Of a stretch of DNA of 64,000 bases, positions 34,433 through 45,210 are shown one piece after another. Below the pieces are notes generated by a model. The model was not told the DNA's origin. It worked only from the letters and a program-made list of their open reading frames with translations, and did not search any database. Each line of letters opens with the position of its first letter. Positions within the stretch are counted from its first letter, which is position 1. The DNA comes from Tetramitus jugosus (Eukaryota > Protista > Heterolobosea). The translations under genes and the position numbers were made by a program. The DNA lies in the NCBI GenBank assembly GCA_937625935.1, contig OW569344.1, positions 1 to 64,000 of the forward strand, given 5' to 3'.

Positions 34433-35686
34433 TTATTCTTCGTCATCGCTATCGTCATCTGATTCCTTGTGATTTGGATTACCAAACTCGCCAAAATCTT
34501 CAGGATCATAACCATCGGAAGCTGAATCACTATCGGAATCACTCTCCGAGTCATCTTCCTCTTCCTCTTCGTCCAAATAGATTGGGAAGCGAAGCAAAGC
34601 TGCAACACCACTCAACTGCGACAATTGTTCGCCACTTGGGTGCAGCGAAGAGAATATAAACACATCACCACCAGATCCTTGCACCTGCTCAGTCAATTCG
34701 ACAAACATTTTTCTTCTCTTGACATCGGAACTTCTGAACAACTCATCTGTTATGAGCAATGTCTGAATGGCGCCCTGTTCGTTCGCAGTCATCACGTGCT
34801 TCGCTCCATAGAATGCCCTGTTCGGATCATTGTTCAACATTTGATAAAAATCGTCCAGTGCCTTCACTTCTCCAATGGCCTTCGTGTCATGCAACTGCTT
34901 CACTACACCTTCATCCTTTAATACTTCCTTGAGTGCGTGACGATGTCCACTGCTCGCGTGAACAAGCAAGAATTTGTCTCTATTTTGCGACAAAATCTTA
35001 ATATCCTTCGTCTGCGCAGCTTCCATCATATACTTGAACAATTGATCCTTTGTGAAACCAGGGCTAGCAACCAATACACACTTTACAATCGAAAAATCCA
35101 CATGTCTCAGAATACCTTGCATAATGGACTCGAAAAACTTTTGCAAATCCTTTTCGTGCGATTCAGCATAACGCTTCTTTGCAATCGATTTTTCAAACTT
35201 TTGCTTCTCAATCGTCATGTGCTGTGTCACGAGACACAAGTGAGCTTGTCCCTCTTCCAAAACAACTGCTGCCAAATCGGCACTCTTGGTCACATCGGTC
35301 GCATCCTCCAATCTCTTCAAAAAAATGGCATCCCAACACTTTTTGGCCACAGAAATTTTTCGGTTCACTTCAATTTCAATCGTATGATACGCACCCAACT
35401 TTACAAACTTGTTTTCGGCAATGTTTTGACCAGATAGACGCAATGAGCCTGCTGCACTATCAAAATCAACCTTGTCCACTTGTATAGTCAATGTAATTTT
35501 GACTCTTTCGTTTGTTACTGTTCCACTGCTGCTCTCTTTGGCCACTTTTCGAATGGTGGTTGCTCTGACTTGATCACCTCGAGAGATGATGTGATACAAG
35601 TGCCATAAATCTTCATGTAGCTCTGGTATGACAATGACTTCACCAATGCCATCCTTGAACGATATTTCCTTCTTGACAATCTTCAT
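34433..35686 (-). CDS. PELO: Pelota/Dom34 ribosome-rescue factor
   Basis: EDLWHLYH, T.RKV, LGAYHTIE, ASPGF.K, RAFYG, LLITDELFRS and HPSGEQL.QLSGVAALLRFP. Confidence 0.97.
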   Translation of the reverse strand: MKIVKKEISFKDGIGEVIVIPELHEDLWHLYHIISRGDQVRATTIRKVAKESSSGTVTNERVKITLTIQVDKVDFDSAAGSLRLSGQNIAENKFVKLGAYHTIEIEVNRKISVAKKCWDAIFLKRLEDATDVTKSADLAAVVLEEGQAHLCLVTQHMTIEKQKFEKSIAKKRYAESHEKDLQKFFESIMQGILRHVDFSIVKCVLVASPGFTKDQLFKYMMEAAQTKDIKILSQNRDKFLLVHASSGHRHALKEVLKDEGVVKQLHDTKAIGEVKALDDFYQMLNNDPNRAFYGAKHVMTANEQGAIQTLLITDELFRSSDVKRRKMFVELTEQVQGSGGDVFIFSSLHPSGEQLSQLSGVAALLRFPIYLDEEEEEDDSESDSDSDSASDGYDPEDFGEFGNPNHKESDDDSDDEE

Positions 35687-36203
35687 GTTGTGTTTGTTCT
35701 TTTGCGTTTTTTTTTTGTGAGCGGGCCTTTTTGTGATTTTTGGTCTCTTTCAATTTTGAACTTTCATTCGGGGATACAGCAAAATAATGCGTTGAACACT
35801 ACAAATAGTGATTGCTGTCATTGGAACACTCCGCGTTGCTGTAGTTCACTACGACGATGCGCACACACGAGTCGTGTGAGATATCACTACACGACAAAGA
35901 GAAAACCGGTACATTACTACTTACACACAAAGAAGCGTTCTTTATTGCCATCACTCAAAGAAACCGGACTGGTTCTGATAGATATCTGTAGGCATCAGTT
36001 ACTTTTCACGCCACAAGTAAACTACTAAATACAGTTTTCATTGAACACTGATTTTGAAAGAAAAGTAATAGGAACCGAGTGTGCTTTTTCCACTTGATAC
36101 AACTAGGATACAAAAGAGGCAACAATTTTCTTAAGACTAAGTCCTTTGTAACATTGTCCAACTAAAATTGAATCTCGAAAACAATCAAAACGATAAGAAA
36201 CCA

Positions 36204-37187
36204 ATGTGTAACAGTAAACAATTCATCCTTTCAAGGTTAATCGGCTCAATCTTCATTCTATTGATCATAGTAGCCGTATCGGCGATTGAAGCCTCTCAAG
36301 ATCAAAGATGGAGGAACAACGGATATGAGATTCATGGTAAACCAGAAGGAGTTAATAGATTTTCTAATTGGCATGAGAGAGCAGCTATCACCCTCATCAA
36401 CCAGGCCAGAATGTCTCCTATGGGTTTTATCGAGACGTACAAACCGAAGTTGTCCTCCTTTCCCACTATAACTGACATCATTAGGAAGACTCTGTACCCT
36501 AGTAACCCTCTGTATGAAAATAGGTATCTTACCGAGGCCGCTAGAGTTCATAGTGCTGACATGGCAGTGAATAATTGTCTCCAACACAGACCTTGTAAAT
36601 CACCTCCCGGAACTCCTTGGGAAGACCGAGTTAGAGAATACTATGAACTAGAGGGATCTCTAGCAGAAAATATAGGATTTGGTTTCCCAAATGCTTTGGA
36701 TTTGATTGCAGCATGGTTCGAGTCCAACTCTCACAGAATGAACATGCTTAATCCAAAATACAACCTAGGAGGAGTTGGGTTCAGAAATAGGAGATGGACC
36801 CTGAATCTAGCATCTGGAGAAAATCATGTGAACAATCCAATAGCTTGTGCTTCACATCTGATATCCCCAGCTGGAAATATAACCTTCTTGGCTAACTACT
36901 ACAATGAACAAGAGTATGATAATGGAACAGGTCCCGCGGAGGCCAACATCGTTCTCAACAGAAGCGAGAGACACAAGCTGTCCCTCCCTTTGGCTCACAA
37001 GTTTGATTCTTTTGCTCAGAGTCACATGGGGACATATGTCTTCGAGACAACTGTGGCTCAGGACTGCAGACCATACTTCTTCGAGTTTGTCCACCAAGAT
37101 GGATCCATCTCCAGGTATCCAGAAACTGGAAGTTTGATGACAATAGGAGAAGGATCTGGATGCAAGGAGGAATACATTGCCCATTAG
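36204..37187 (+). CDS. Secreted CAP/SCP-domain protein (YkwD-like)
   Basis: Signal/TM segment; LIN.AR, L..AAR.HS.DM, AENIG, W.ES..HR.NML..Y..GGVG. Confidence 0.85.
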   Translation: MCNSKQFILSRLIGSIFILLIIVAVSAIEASQDQRWRNNGYEIHGKPEGVNRFSNWHERAAITLINQARMSPMGFIETYKPKLSSFPTITDIIRKTLYPSNPLYENRYLTEAARVHSADMAVNNCLQHRPCKSPPGTPWEDRVREYYELEGSLAENIGFGFPNALDLIAAWFESNSHRMNMLNPKYNLGGVGFRNRRWTLNLASGENHVNNPIACASHLISPAGNITFLANYYNEQEYDNGTGPAEANIVLNRSERHKLSLPLAHKFDSFAQSHMGTYVFETTVAQDCRPYFFEFVHQDGSISRYPETGSLMTIGEGSGCKEEYIAH

Positions 37188-37281
37188 GAAAGCCTCCAAT
37201 CAACCTAAAGAAGTAATTTTTTGATAAAAGATTTTGTGTTTATTCTTACATAACACATATTAACAATGATTATGACGATGA

Positions 37282-38379
37282 TTAGAGTTTGTTCTTTTGA
37301 TCAAGCTCGTTTTGCAGCTCGGCAATCTTTTGCATTGAAAGCTTGAGACCACTTTCCATTTGTTCCTTGACGGAGCTCACAATAGTATTCCATTCCTTGC
37401 TTTGCTTCTCAAATTCCTCTTCCCGCTTTTGAGCCTTCTTCTTCAGATCAGCAATCTGCTGCATCAGCAACTCGTTTCTAAATACCAGCTCACCAATCTC
37501 ATCAGTTTTCTTGCTGATGATTTGTTCTCTCAGAATGATACCGAGGTCATCCACTTGCTCGTTGGATGCAGCTGTTTGGAGCTCAGTCACTTTCTCTTTT
37601 AATTGTACATTCTCCTTTTGAAGCGACACAATCTGTGCCTGCTTCGTTCCCATTTGCTTTGCAATTGTGACTTGAGTCTTGTGCATCTTACCAATCTTGG
37701 CATTGAGTTCAGTCACAGTTCCCTCCAGCTCTTTTACTTGATCAGCAGAGGCATCAAACATGAATGAAAAGTAAGATGCTTCACCTTCTCTCACCTTAAA
37801 CTTCTCCTCCAGAGCATTGTACAAACTTGTTTGATTTTCCAGAGCAGACTTATGATCGTGCTGCATTTGAATTAATCGTTGCTCATAATCATCCACAATG
37901 CTTTGTCTCCAGCTGACAATATCATTGCTACAGGCAAAAGGGCCAGTGGTGTCTTGACTCGAGTCTTGTACAACAGATTCTTGAACTAGATCCACAGAAT
38001 CGACACTCAATCTTCTCTTCTTTTGGGTATGTTGTTCTTGTTGAGCCTCAAATTCTTGGAACACTTCAAAGGAGAGAGGTTTTGTAGCATTCAGCTTCCT
38101 CTTGTTGCTGTTGTTCTTCTTATTGTTATTATTGTTGTTGTTGTTTTGATTCTTGCTACCTAGAATTTGTTGTTGTTGTGGAGCCTGGCTCCTGTCCGAT
38201 AGCTTCTTCGTGTTATGGGATGGCTTCTGCACCGGGTTGCTCTGTTTCATGACAAGTTGGTCCTTGTGTGTTGTGGCCGCTCCTCCTTGTTTGATAGATT
38301 TCAAGTGAGTAGTATTTCTGTTTTCATCATTGAATAGAAGTGGACCGGAAAGGGTGCTGGTTGGATTCAAGGTATTCAT
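37282..38379 (-). CDS. Hypothetical coiled-coil protein
   Basis: 365-aa ATG ORF; low-complexity N-half with KRK/KKRR, heptad C-half. Confidence 0.75.
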   Translation of the reverse strand: MNTLNPTSTLSGPLLFNDENRNTTHLKSIKQGGAATTHKDQLVMKQSNPVQKPSHNTKKLSDRSQAPQQQQILGSKNQNNNNNNNNKKNNSNKRKLNATKPLSFEVFQEFEAQQEQHTQKKRRLSVDSVDLVQESVVQDSSQDTTGPFACSNDIVSWRQSIVDDYEQRLIQMQHDHKSALENQTSLYNALEEKFKVREGEASYFSFMFDASADQVKELEGTVTELNAKIGKMHKTQVTIAKQMGTKQAQIVSLQKENVQLKEKVTELQTAASNEQVDDLGIILREQIISKKTDEIGELVFRNELLMQQIADLKKKAQKREEEFEKQSKEWNTIVSSVKEQMESGLKLSMQKIAELQNELDQKNKL

Positions 38380-38628
38380 ATTGTTGTTATGTGCTTTGTT
38401 ATGAACTGAGCTTTGTTTTGGAGAAATTTCCAGTTAAATCGGCTCACCAAATTTTTTCTTATTATCGGGAAAATGTAATGAGAAAAGTGTAACGGATAGT
38501 CGAAGGAGGGAAAATTAACTCCGACATTTGGATACACTCAACCCTCAATAAACACACTATTGAAGATATTACAACAAAAGTAACACCACCCAGCTAAATT
38601 TTGAAAATTTTATGGTTATGCAACAAAA

Positions 38629-41600
38629 TTAGATCAATTGCTGAGGTGCAGCGTTTGGTTGGGCATTGAGTTGGCTCAATTTCGAAATTTGAGACAATGG
38701 TGGGGAACTAGTTGGAGGAGTGATTGTCTTTGGAGATTGAGACTCTTGATGTGTATCGCTTGAATGTACCTGGTCATCATCGTCATCATCATCACCTGAC
38801 GAAGAATCCATCATATTGAGCAACAGAGCAAGCTCTTCCTTTGCCACACCATCCTTATCCTCATCATCGAGGATTTGCTTAACGAGATCTGGTCGTGCAG
38901 TCAAGCGTTCGATCAGTGTAGCATATTTATGCTGATATGTTTGATATTTACCAGTGTTGATAATTCCAAACACACAATGCTTTTCGTCAACAACAAAATG
39001 CTCACCATTGTCCATCTCATGATGAGCGACAATTCTATACACTGGCCCGAATCTGCTCATTCGTCCTGCTCTACTCTTCCTAGAAATATTCACCAACTGG
39101 AATTTGACTTCCATTTTCTGTTTTGAATCCGCAGCGCTCATGGTCAATCTTCCACCACTTGCACGAACCTCACAACCTTCGACAGGAATCTTGTCTTCGA
39201 ACAACTGGTTCTCAGACTTTACATCCTTCCACACGTTCATATTCGACTTTGGTTGGTCAACTAGAATTTGAAGTACAAGCGTGGTGTGCCTCAGTTTAGG
39301 CAGATCCGGACCTGTTACGGTGACATCTATCGTTGTATTCATATTTGGTCTGTACAACGGGATCACAATCTTATCTTTCTCCTTGAGGTTGAAATTCTTC
39401 ATATTCATTGCTCCAATTTGTACTTGAGTTCTCAAATTTGGCCAAGTTTGAACCATTCTTCTATCTCTAGACGCCTTGGCACGAGCTGAAAGGGTCTGTG
39501 ACAGTAAGACTCTCTCTCCCTCAGATACCGGTAGAATATGAGGATCGCTTTGATGACGACGAGAGCGCGAGTTAAATCTCTGTGCAGATGAAACAGTGGC
39601 TGGATCAGCACCACTCACAACTGGATCTACTCTCCGGAATACTGGTGGCTCATAACTCACAGAAGATGAGGATACATACGATGGATGTGCTTGAGCTGGT
39701 GGGTAATAGTATGATGGATCGTAGTATGCTTCTTCACCAAATCCCTCCATGTCTTCATCCACCTCCATACCCTCTCCGTCCATTGGATAATAATGTGATG
39801 GGTACTCTGGATACATCATTGAATGCTGAGCATATGGGTGCATATGAGATGGATGAACACCATAAGGAGAAGCAACCATGGATTGCATATAAGGAGCACC
39901 TCTTCTGTTGGGAAAACCATGTCGAATCACAGCAGAACTCGTTGGACCACGTGGAGCGTTAGGCAGTGAAACTTTTGGTGAGTTCGTTGGTGCCAATGCC
40001 TTTGGTGTACTGGGTGCCCAGGCAGGAGCTGTTTGACCATGTGGCATAATAGGCTTCTTTGGTGTGATTGGAGTTGAAGCAGCTGAACTAGCAGAACTTG
40101 AGCCATTGGAAGAAGATGGAAACACTCCTGGTGTAATTGCTACTGATGCAGGTGATGCAGAAGGTACTGTCGATGGAGATGTCTTGACGTCAACATCAGA
40201 AGCAACTGCAGGTGCACCGGAAGCAACTGCGGCAACAGGTGATTGACGAACAGAAACTGGTGGGGCTCGATTCGTTGTTCCATTTGACCTTTGATCCATT
40301 GGCCTGATATTTGCTTCTGTTTTGACCTTGACTTGGTCTGTGGCAGCATCAGTTGATGGATGCATCGGAGATTTCATCGAAGTCTGTGGCTGTGGTGCAC
40401 CAGTCAGAGGTCTGTGAACCATCTTACTACCACTAGCAGGGCTATATGGTGACTGAGGGCCTGGATATGATGGATGATATCCAGGTGGCATTTGAGACAT
40501 GGATGGAGATGGATACATTGGATAGTAGCCACTACCATTCACATGCTGTCCCTTGGCAGGCATCGGCCGCAATCCATGTTGCCCATAATAAGCAGCATAA
40601 GGATGAGTTGACGGTGGATGTGTGGGTGAGGAGTGATAAGGATGAGGCATCCGGGCACTGACACCCCGTCCTGCATAAGGTGATGGGTATGCATCAGGGT
40701 GAGGATGAGCATACATTCTGCTCGGAGGATATCGCTGTGGTGTAGGAGCAGACGATGATGGCACAGGATGAGCACGAGGCATCATGTAAGCACCTTGCGT
40801 CATCATGTCGCTGCCAGGTATGGCATGTGGCGACTTGTGATGAGGCATCATTGGCCTCCTCATAAACTGTGATTGTTGTTGTTGTTGTTGTTGCAGCTGC
40901 TGTGGTGATGATAATGGTCCATGTGGTGCATGTGGATGATGTTGATGAGGAAGAATTCTCTGTGGTCGATTCAGCATTGGTGATGGATGAGATTGCGAAG
41001 CATTGGTAGTGGTGGTGGTGGTGGAAGTGGGCACAAAACTTTGAGAGGAGGATAGATGACGAGGACCTGATGGATAGGTGGCGTGCTGCTTGGCTGCTAA
41101 AGTGGGCGTCGTTGAAGTTGCTGTTGTGCCTGATGTCGATGATGTTGTTGGACTGTCTCTCACTTCCTTGATCGCTCTAAAGATAGCAGGGAGATGATTT
41201 GGTTCAGGTTGTTTCTCTGTGACGAGTGGACTCGAAGCTGAAGCAGATAGAATGTGAAGCGCACTGGCATCTGGTGAGGATTGTTGTTCTTGTGTTGTTG
41301 CTATCGATGATGATGATGATGATTGCGCAATGATGTCATCATGAGAAATTTCTTGTGGTGTCGCCGATAATGTCGCTATTCCACCACCAAAACTCAGTGC
41401 CATTCTCTCAGCGGCTGACATTTCATACATTTCCCCTTCATCATCATCTTGAGGATTGACCATGGATGATTCTTCATATGAAGAGTGATGATGTTCATGT
41501 TGGTGATGATGATGATGAATGTGGACCTCTTCATCCTCTGGTTGCTGTTGTGTGATGTACTGCTGCTCTTGATGGTGGTGGTGATGATGTTGTTGTTGTT

Positions 41601-41784
41601 GTGATTCCTCTATTGTTGATGGTGATGTTGTTGTTGTTGTTCGATGATAGTAAGGATGATCATTTTCGCGTGATGGTGAATTGTTGTTTGATACTTCTTC
41701 ATCGCTCTGTGGTGGAGGACTTGGCTCCTGTGTACTACCATATGACATTTGGTCATCTTGGAAGAAGGGAGCAGGTGTGGACAT
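38629..41784 (-). CDS. Large low-complexity (P/H/Q/S/Y) protein with a globular C-terminal domain; possible transcription regulator
   Basis: Open >1000-aa frame; ATG inferred at MSTPAPFF; ~200-aa beta-rich domain near the C-terminus. Confidence 0.75.
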   Translation of the reverse strand: MSTPAPFFQDDQMSYGSTQEPSPPPQSDEEVSNNNSPSRENDHPYYHRTTTTTSPSTIEESQQQQHHHHHHQEQQYITQQQPEDEEVHIHHHHHQHEHHHSSYEESSMVNPQDDDEGEMYEMSAAERMALSFGGGIATLSATPQEISHDDIIAQSSSSSSIATTQEQQSSPDASALHILSASASSPLVTEKQPEPNHLPAIFRAIKEVRDSPTTSSTSGTTATSTTPTLAAKQHATYPSGPRHLSSSQSFVPTSTTTTTTNASQSHPSPMLNRPQRILPHQHHPHAPHGPLSSPQQLQQQQQQQSQFMRRPMMPHHKSPHAIPGSDMMTQGAYMMPRAHPVPSSSAPTPQRYPPSRMYAHPHPDAYPSPYAGRGVSARMPHPYHSSPTHPPSTHPYAAYYGQHGLRPMPAKGQHVNGSGYYPMYPSPSMSQMPPGYHPSYPGPQSPYSPASGSKMVHRPLTGAPQPQTSMKSPMHPSTDAATDQVKVKTEANIRPMDQRSNGTTNRAPPVSVRQSPVAAVASGAPAVASDVDVKTSPSTVPSASPASVAITPGVFPSSSNGSSSASSAASTPITPKKPIMPHGQTAPAWAPSTPKALAPTNSPKVSLPNAPRGPTSSAVIRHGFPNRRGAPYMQSMVASPYGVHPSHMHPYAQHSMMYPEYPSHYYPMDGEGMEVDEDMEGFGEEAYYDPSYYYPPAQAHPSYVSSSSVSYEPPVFRRVDPVVSGADPATVSSAQRFNSRSRRHQSDPHILPVSEGERVLLSQTLSARAKASRDRRMVQTWPNLRTQVQIGAMNMKNFNLKEKDKIVIPLYRPNMNTTIDVTVTGPDLPKLRHTTLVLQILVDQPKSNMNVWKDVKSENQLFEDKIPVEGCEVRASGGRLTMSAADSKQKMEVKFQLVNISRKSRAGRMSRFGPVYRIVAHHEMDNGEHFVVDEKHCVFGIINTGKYQTYQHKYATLIERLTARPDLVKQILDDEDKDGVAKEELALLLNMMDSSSGDDDDDDDQVHSSDTHQESQSPKTITPPTSSPPLSQISKLSQLNAQPNAAPQQLI

Positions 41785-43487
41785 GTTGTTGTGTATGTGT
41801 TCTTTGTGTATGGAAAACTTGAGGAGATTTGATGTTGGTGTTGTTGCAAATAGTATCTTTGGTAGATTCCTTCTCAATCAAACTGGCAGTTGTTCAAGTG
41901 TGTGGGTGTTGAGTGCAGTAAAGTAGGGACTCTGTAGGTGGTGTTGATAAGGACGTGCACACTGAAGGCAGTTGTTGATTACAAGGATTATTGGAGGAGA
42001 GATGCAAATAATGTGTGTTGATGTTTTTTCAGGGAGGAACAAGCACGTGAAGGCCACACTTTCCGTACAAGGCGCGTTTTTTTTGATTGGTTTAAAAGCA
42101 TTGTAATGAGATTCGTTTCATTTTTTCCCGTCCGAGAATGATCGATGTTGGAAGATTTGTTTACAAACACCGGCTCCTGGACTATTCATACGTCACCATT
42201 CCGTCATTGATTCTTCAAGGACCTTGAGAGACGAGCTCAATAGTGACAGAACATACAGAAGAGGGTAAAGGAGTGAGTGTTGTTGAGAGGAATTGTGAGC
42301 AGTCCATGATGATTACGCTCGATTTTGGGTCGTGATGTTCAGTTCAGGTGAGAATGAGAATTCAAGAAGTGAGAGATTGGGGAACAATAAACTTGGAATC
42401 ATTCTGTGTTATCATGTTGTTTGGAAAAAGAAGAGATGCCAGCACCACCAAGTAAAAACGAATGAAGAGAAGAATGAAGGAGCCCCTTCAGGATTTTCTT
42501 CGGAATTTGCGGAAGAAATGGGCGCCAAAAATAATGTCTTCGGAGTAACAACATGTCCTGTAACCATGAAAAGCGGGTTCGTCGGTGTGTAGTGTGTCGT
42601 TTTGTAAAGTTTTTGGTGCAGAGATTCAATCTGTATGAACTTCTTTTTCAACAACAAGAGCAAGAGTGAGAAGAGGTTCAAAAGAAGTTAAAACATGTTC
42701 AAGATAAGTTAGAGGAAGCTAACCAGGAGCTAGAAGCTACCCGTAGAAATTTGGTAGCGGCACAAGGAGCTAGAAGACACTCGCAGAGAGTTGGGCGACC
42801 AACAAGATCATCTCAAGGAAAAGAACTGAAGAAAGTCAGCTTGCCTCTCGCAAAGAGATACCGAGATCGCCCACCTTGAAGCCATGGCTCTCTAAGAGTA
42901 CCACCTGAATGGTTCTACCGTGAGTGATGTGAGTCCCAATACATCCATTAGCTCCGTAATGGTGATGCTCATTCTGAGTTTTCTTAGAACAGCCAAAACT
43001 ACTGTTCATGCCGATATGAATTTACATGACAGATTTCAGAAGATGGATCTTTGGTGTTTGTTTTCTTGTTCATTAAGCCATCATCCCTCATTGAAGTAGT
43101 TTCTGTCTTTCTAGAATACTATTGTATTACACATACCTTTTTTACTCCGAAACTGCCGAATGGGGCCTCAATCCGAATGTGTGTTAATTTTTTTCCTCCC
43201 TGACGGATGAAGCTTCTGAACATCCATCAATCCACAGGACTGTCCGTTCTTCCCTAAGAAAGAGAGACACCCCACTAGTTTTCCTTACAACACCAAGAAC
43301 CTCTCTTCTTTTGATTGTGACACTTATCACTTGTTCTTCAATTGTCACGCACGCGCACGAAGCACCTCGACTTTCAGCACTTCGCCCACTGCCACGACAA
43401 CGGAACAAACATAAAAACATCAACACACCCACTACTACTAACCACTAACTACTATAGTAGTATTCTTCTTCCTTGTTCATTATTATT

Positions 43488-44747
43488 ATGGGCGACACCT
43501 TTGACAAATGTTTTCATATGACTGACTTGGTACCAACAACAGAGTTGTTTGGTCCAGCAGCCAGAATGCCCTATCTACTCAGTGGTCACTGGCGTGACAC
43601 CACACTCCTCAAAGTGTTGGCCATTGCACTGACAGTCTATGTCAATCTCACGTTTCTCATCACTCTTGTGCTCTACTTTTTCCAAAAGTACAAGAGAAAT
43701 ATGAAGCAGACATACACGAACACACTTGTACTCTTGTTCAATTTTAGCAATGCATTCATCTTCTCCATCTTGGTGAACATTGGATGGGTGGGCAACACAT
43801 TTGTTGTCGCTGCTGTGCACAATGCGATCGAGGCCATGTTTATTTTGGTGCTCTACAAGAAATTTTTCAAGAAATTGGTGGGCAACACGGAAGTGAGCTA
43901 CGATTTGTTGATGAATGTGGCTGTGGGTGCAGGTTTCTTGACTGTTGTGCCTCATTTGCTCATTGTTGACTTCAAGATCAATGCTTACATTAAGGCCATT
44001 GGTGGTATCTCTGATGTTGCCTTGTTCCTTGCTAGCAGTGCCGGTTTGGTCAAGTATGCAATCGACACGTACAGAAGAAAGTACAAGAGAGCTTCCGTGA
44101 TCAAGGCTGAGCGCCGTCATGTCATTTTGTTGATGAACACCTTGTCTCACACAGGAACAGTGATGCTTACGTTTGTAACCTGCTTCCACACCAACACTCA
44201 ATTGGCGATCATTGTCATTGGTACGACGGCAATGAACACATTCGGTACCCTCTACTTTTTCTTCCAAATCAACGACAAGATGTACAGCAAGAAGTTTAAG
44301 CCACAGAGAGCGCGATCCAACACAAATTCTAGCGGCGTGCCCCCTATTACTACCCCTACGACCGAAACTGCCGCAAATGCCGCTGTTGTAGTGCCAAGCA
44401 AATCCGACAGTAGCACTAGCTCACCGGTGAACCCTGCTGATGCTTCTGATGAACTCAAAACATCAACCAAGGCAACCAACAAAGCATCATCAAATGATTC
44501 CTCTGATGATGTTGCTACTCCTACGACACCTAAAAAAAAGGTAAGTATTGATACTTCTCGCAATGAGAGCGACAAGACTGTAGAGCCTGTAGTCAGTCCA
44601 TCGGACAGCATAGACAGGGAATTGGACTCGGAGCCAGAGTCAGCTCTTGGTGATTTCGACCCAGAGTACGAACTTGATACTTGTGACTCACCATTGCTTC
44701 GTAGAAACAATAGTTTTATTGAAAGACAAAGACAACAACCACAGTAA
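43488..44747 (+). CDS. Multi-pass (~7 TM) membrane protein with S/T/D-rich tail
   Basis: About seven hydrophobic segments followed by a ~150-aa polar tail. Confidence 0.78.
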   Translation: MGDTFDKCFHMTDLVPTTELFGPAARMPYLLSGHWRDTTLLKVLAIALTVYVNLTFLITLVLYFFQKYKRNMKQTYTNTLVLLFNFSNAFIFSILVNIGWVGNTFVVAAVHNAIEAMFILVLYKKFFKKLVGNTEVSYDLLMNVAVGAGFLTVVPHLLIVDFKINAYIKAIGGISDVALFLASSAGLVKYAIDTYRRKYKRASVIKAERRHVILLMNTLSHTGTVMLTFVTCFHTNTQLAIIVIGTTAMNTFGTLYFFFQINDKMYSKKFKPQRARSNTNSSGVPPITTPTTETAANAAVVVPSKSDSSTSSPVNPADASDELKTSTKATNKASSNDSSDDVATPTTPKKKVSIDTSRNESDKTVEPVVSPSDSIDRELDSEPESALGDFDPEYELDTCDSPLLRRNNSFIERQRQQPQ

Positions 44748-45210
44748 AAGTAGTTCTGTTTGCTTTGTTTCTTCCGCGATAGTTTAGTATTTTGTTGCCG
44801 ATGCTGTCAGTTGTTGCCTAAAACGAACCATGCCATGTCCCAAATGAACTCGAGAACATGCATGTTTTTCCTGGAGCTATTCAATGCTCATCGCATGCTC
44901 GAACGGCTGCGCTAAAGAGACCAAAATGCAGAAGAAACCGAAAATCTGAAAGTGCCAGTCTCCTCGGCTCTCGGGATTTTTTGTCGCTTGAACGTTTAAC
45001 ACAATTTGGTCGACCTGTTGCCTTCTTTTGGTGTCGGAATGTTGAAGAATTTGATCCTCCGCTTTTTTAACAAAAAAGTGATTCCGATGCACCCCCTCAA
45101 GCACTGCAGTTTAAAAGCGACCGAATTTGTTGACCCCAATCAACACAACAAACAAACAAACAACAAACAATTCTCAACTCAAAACAACAATAATAATAAT
45201 AATAACAACC

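Noticed and set aside
35797-35810. CACTA...TAGTG mini-palindrome as a CACTA transposon footprint
   Set aside because: Only 5-bp arms, with no TSD or other element features.
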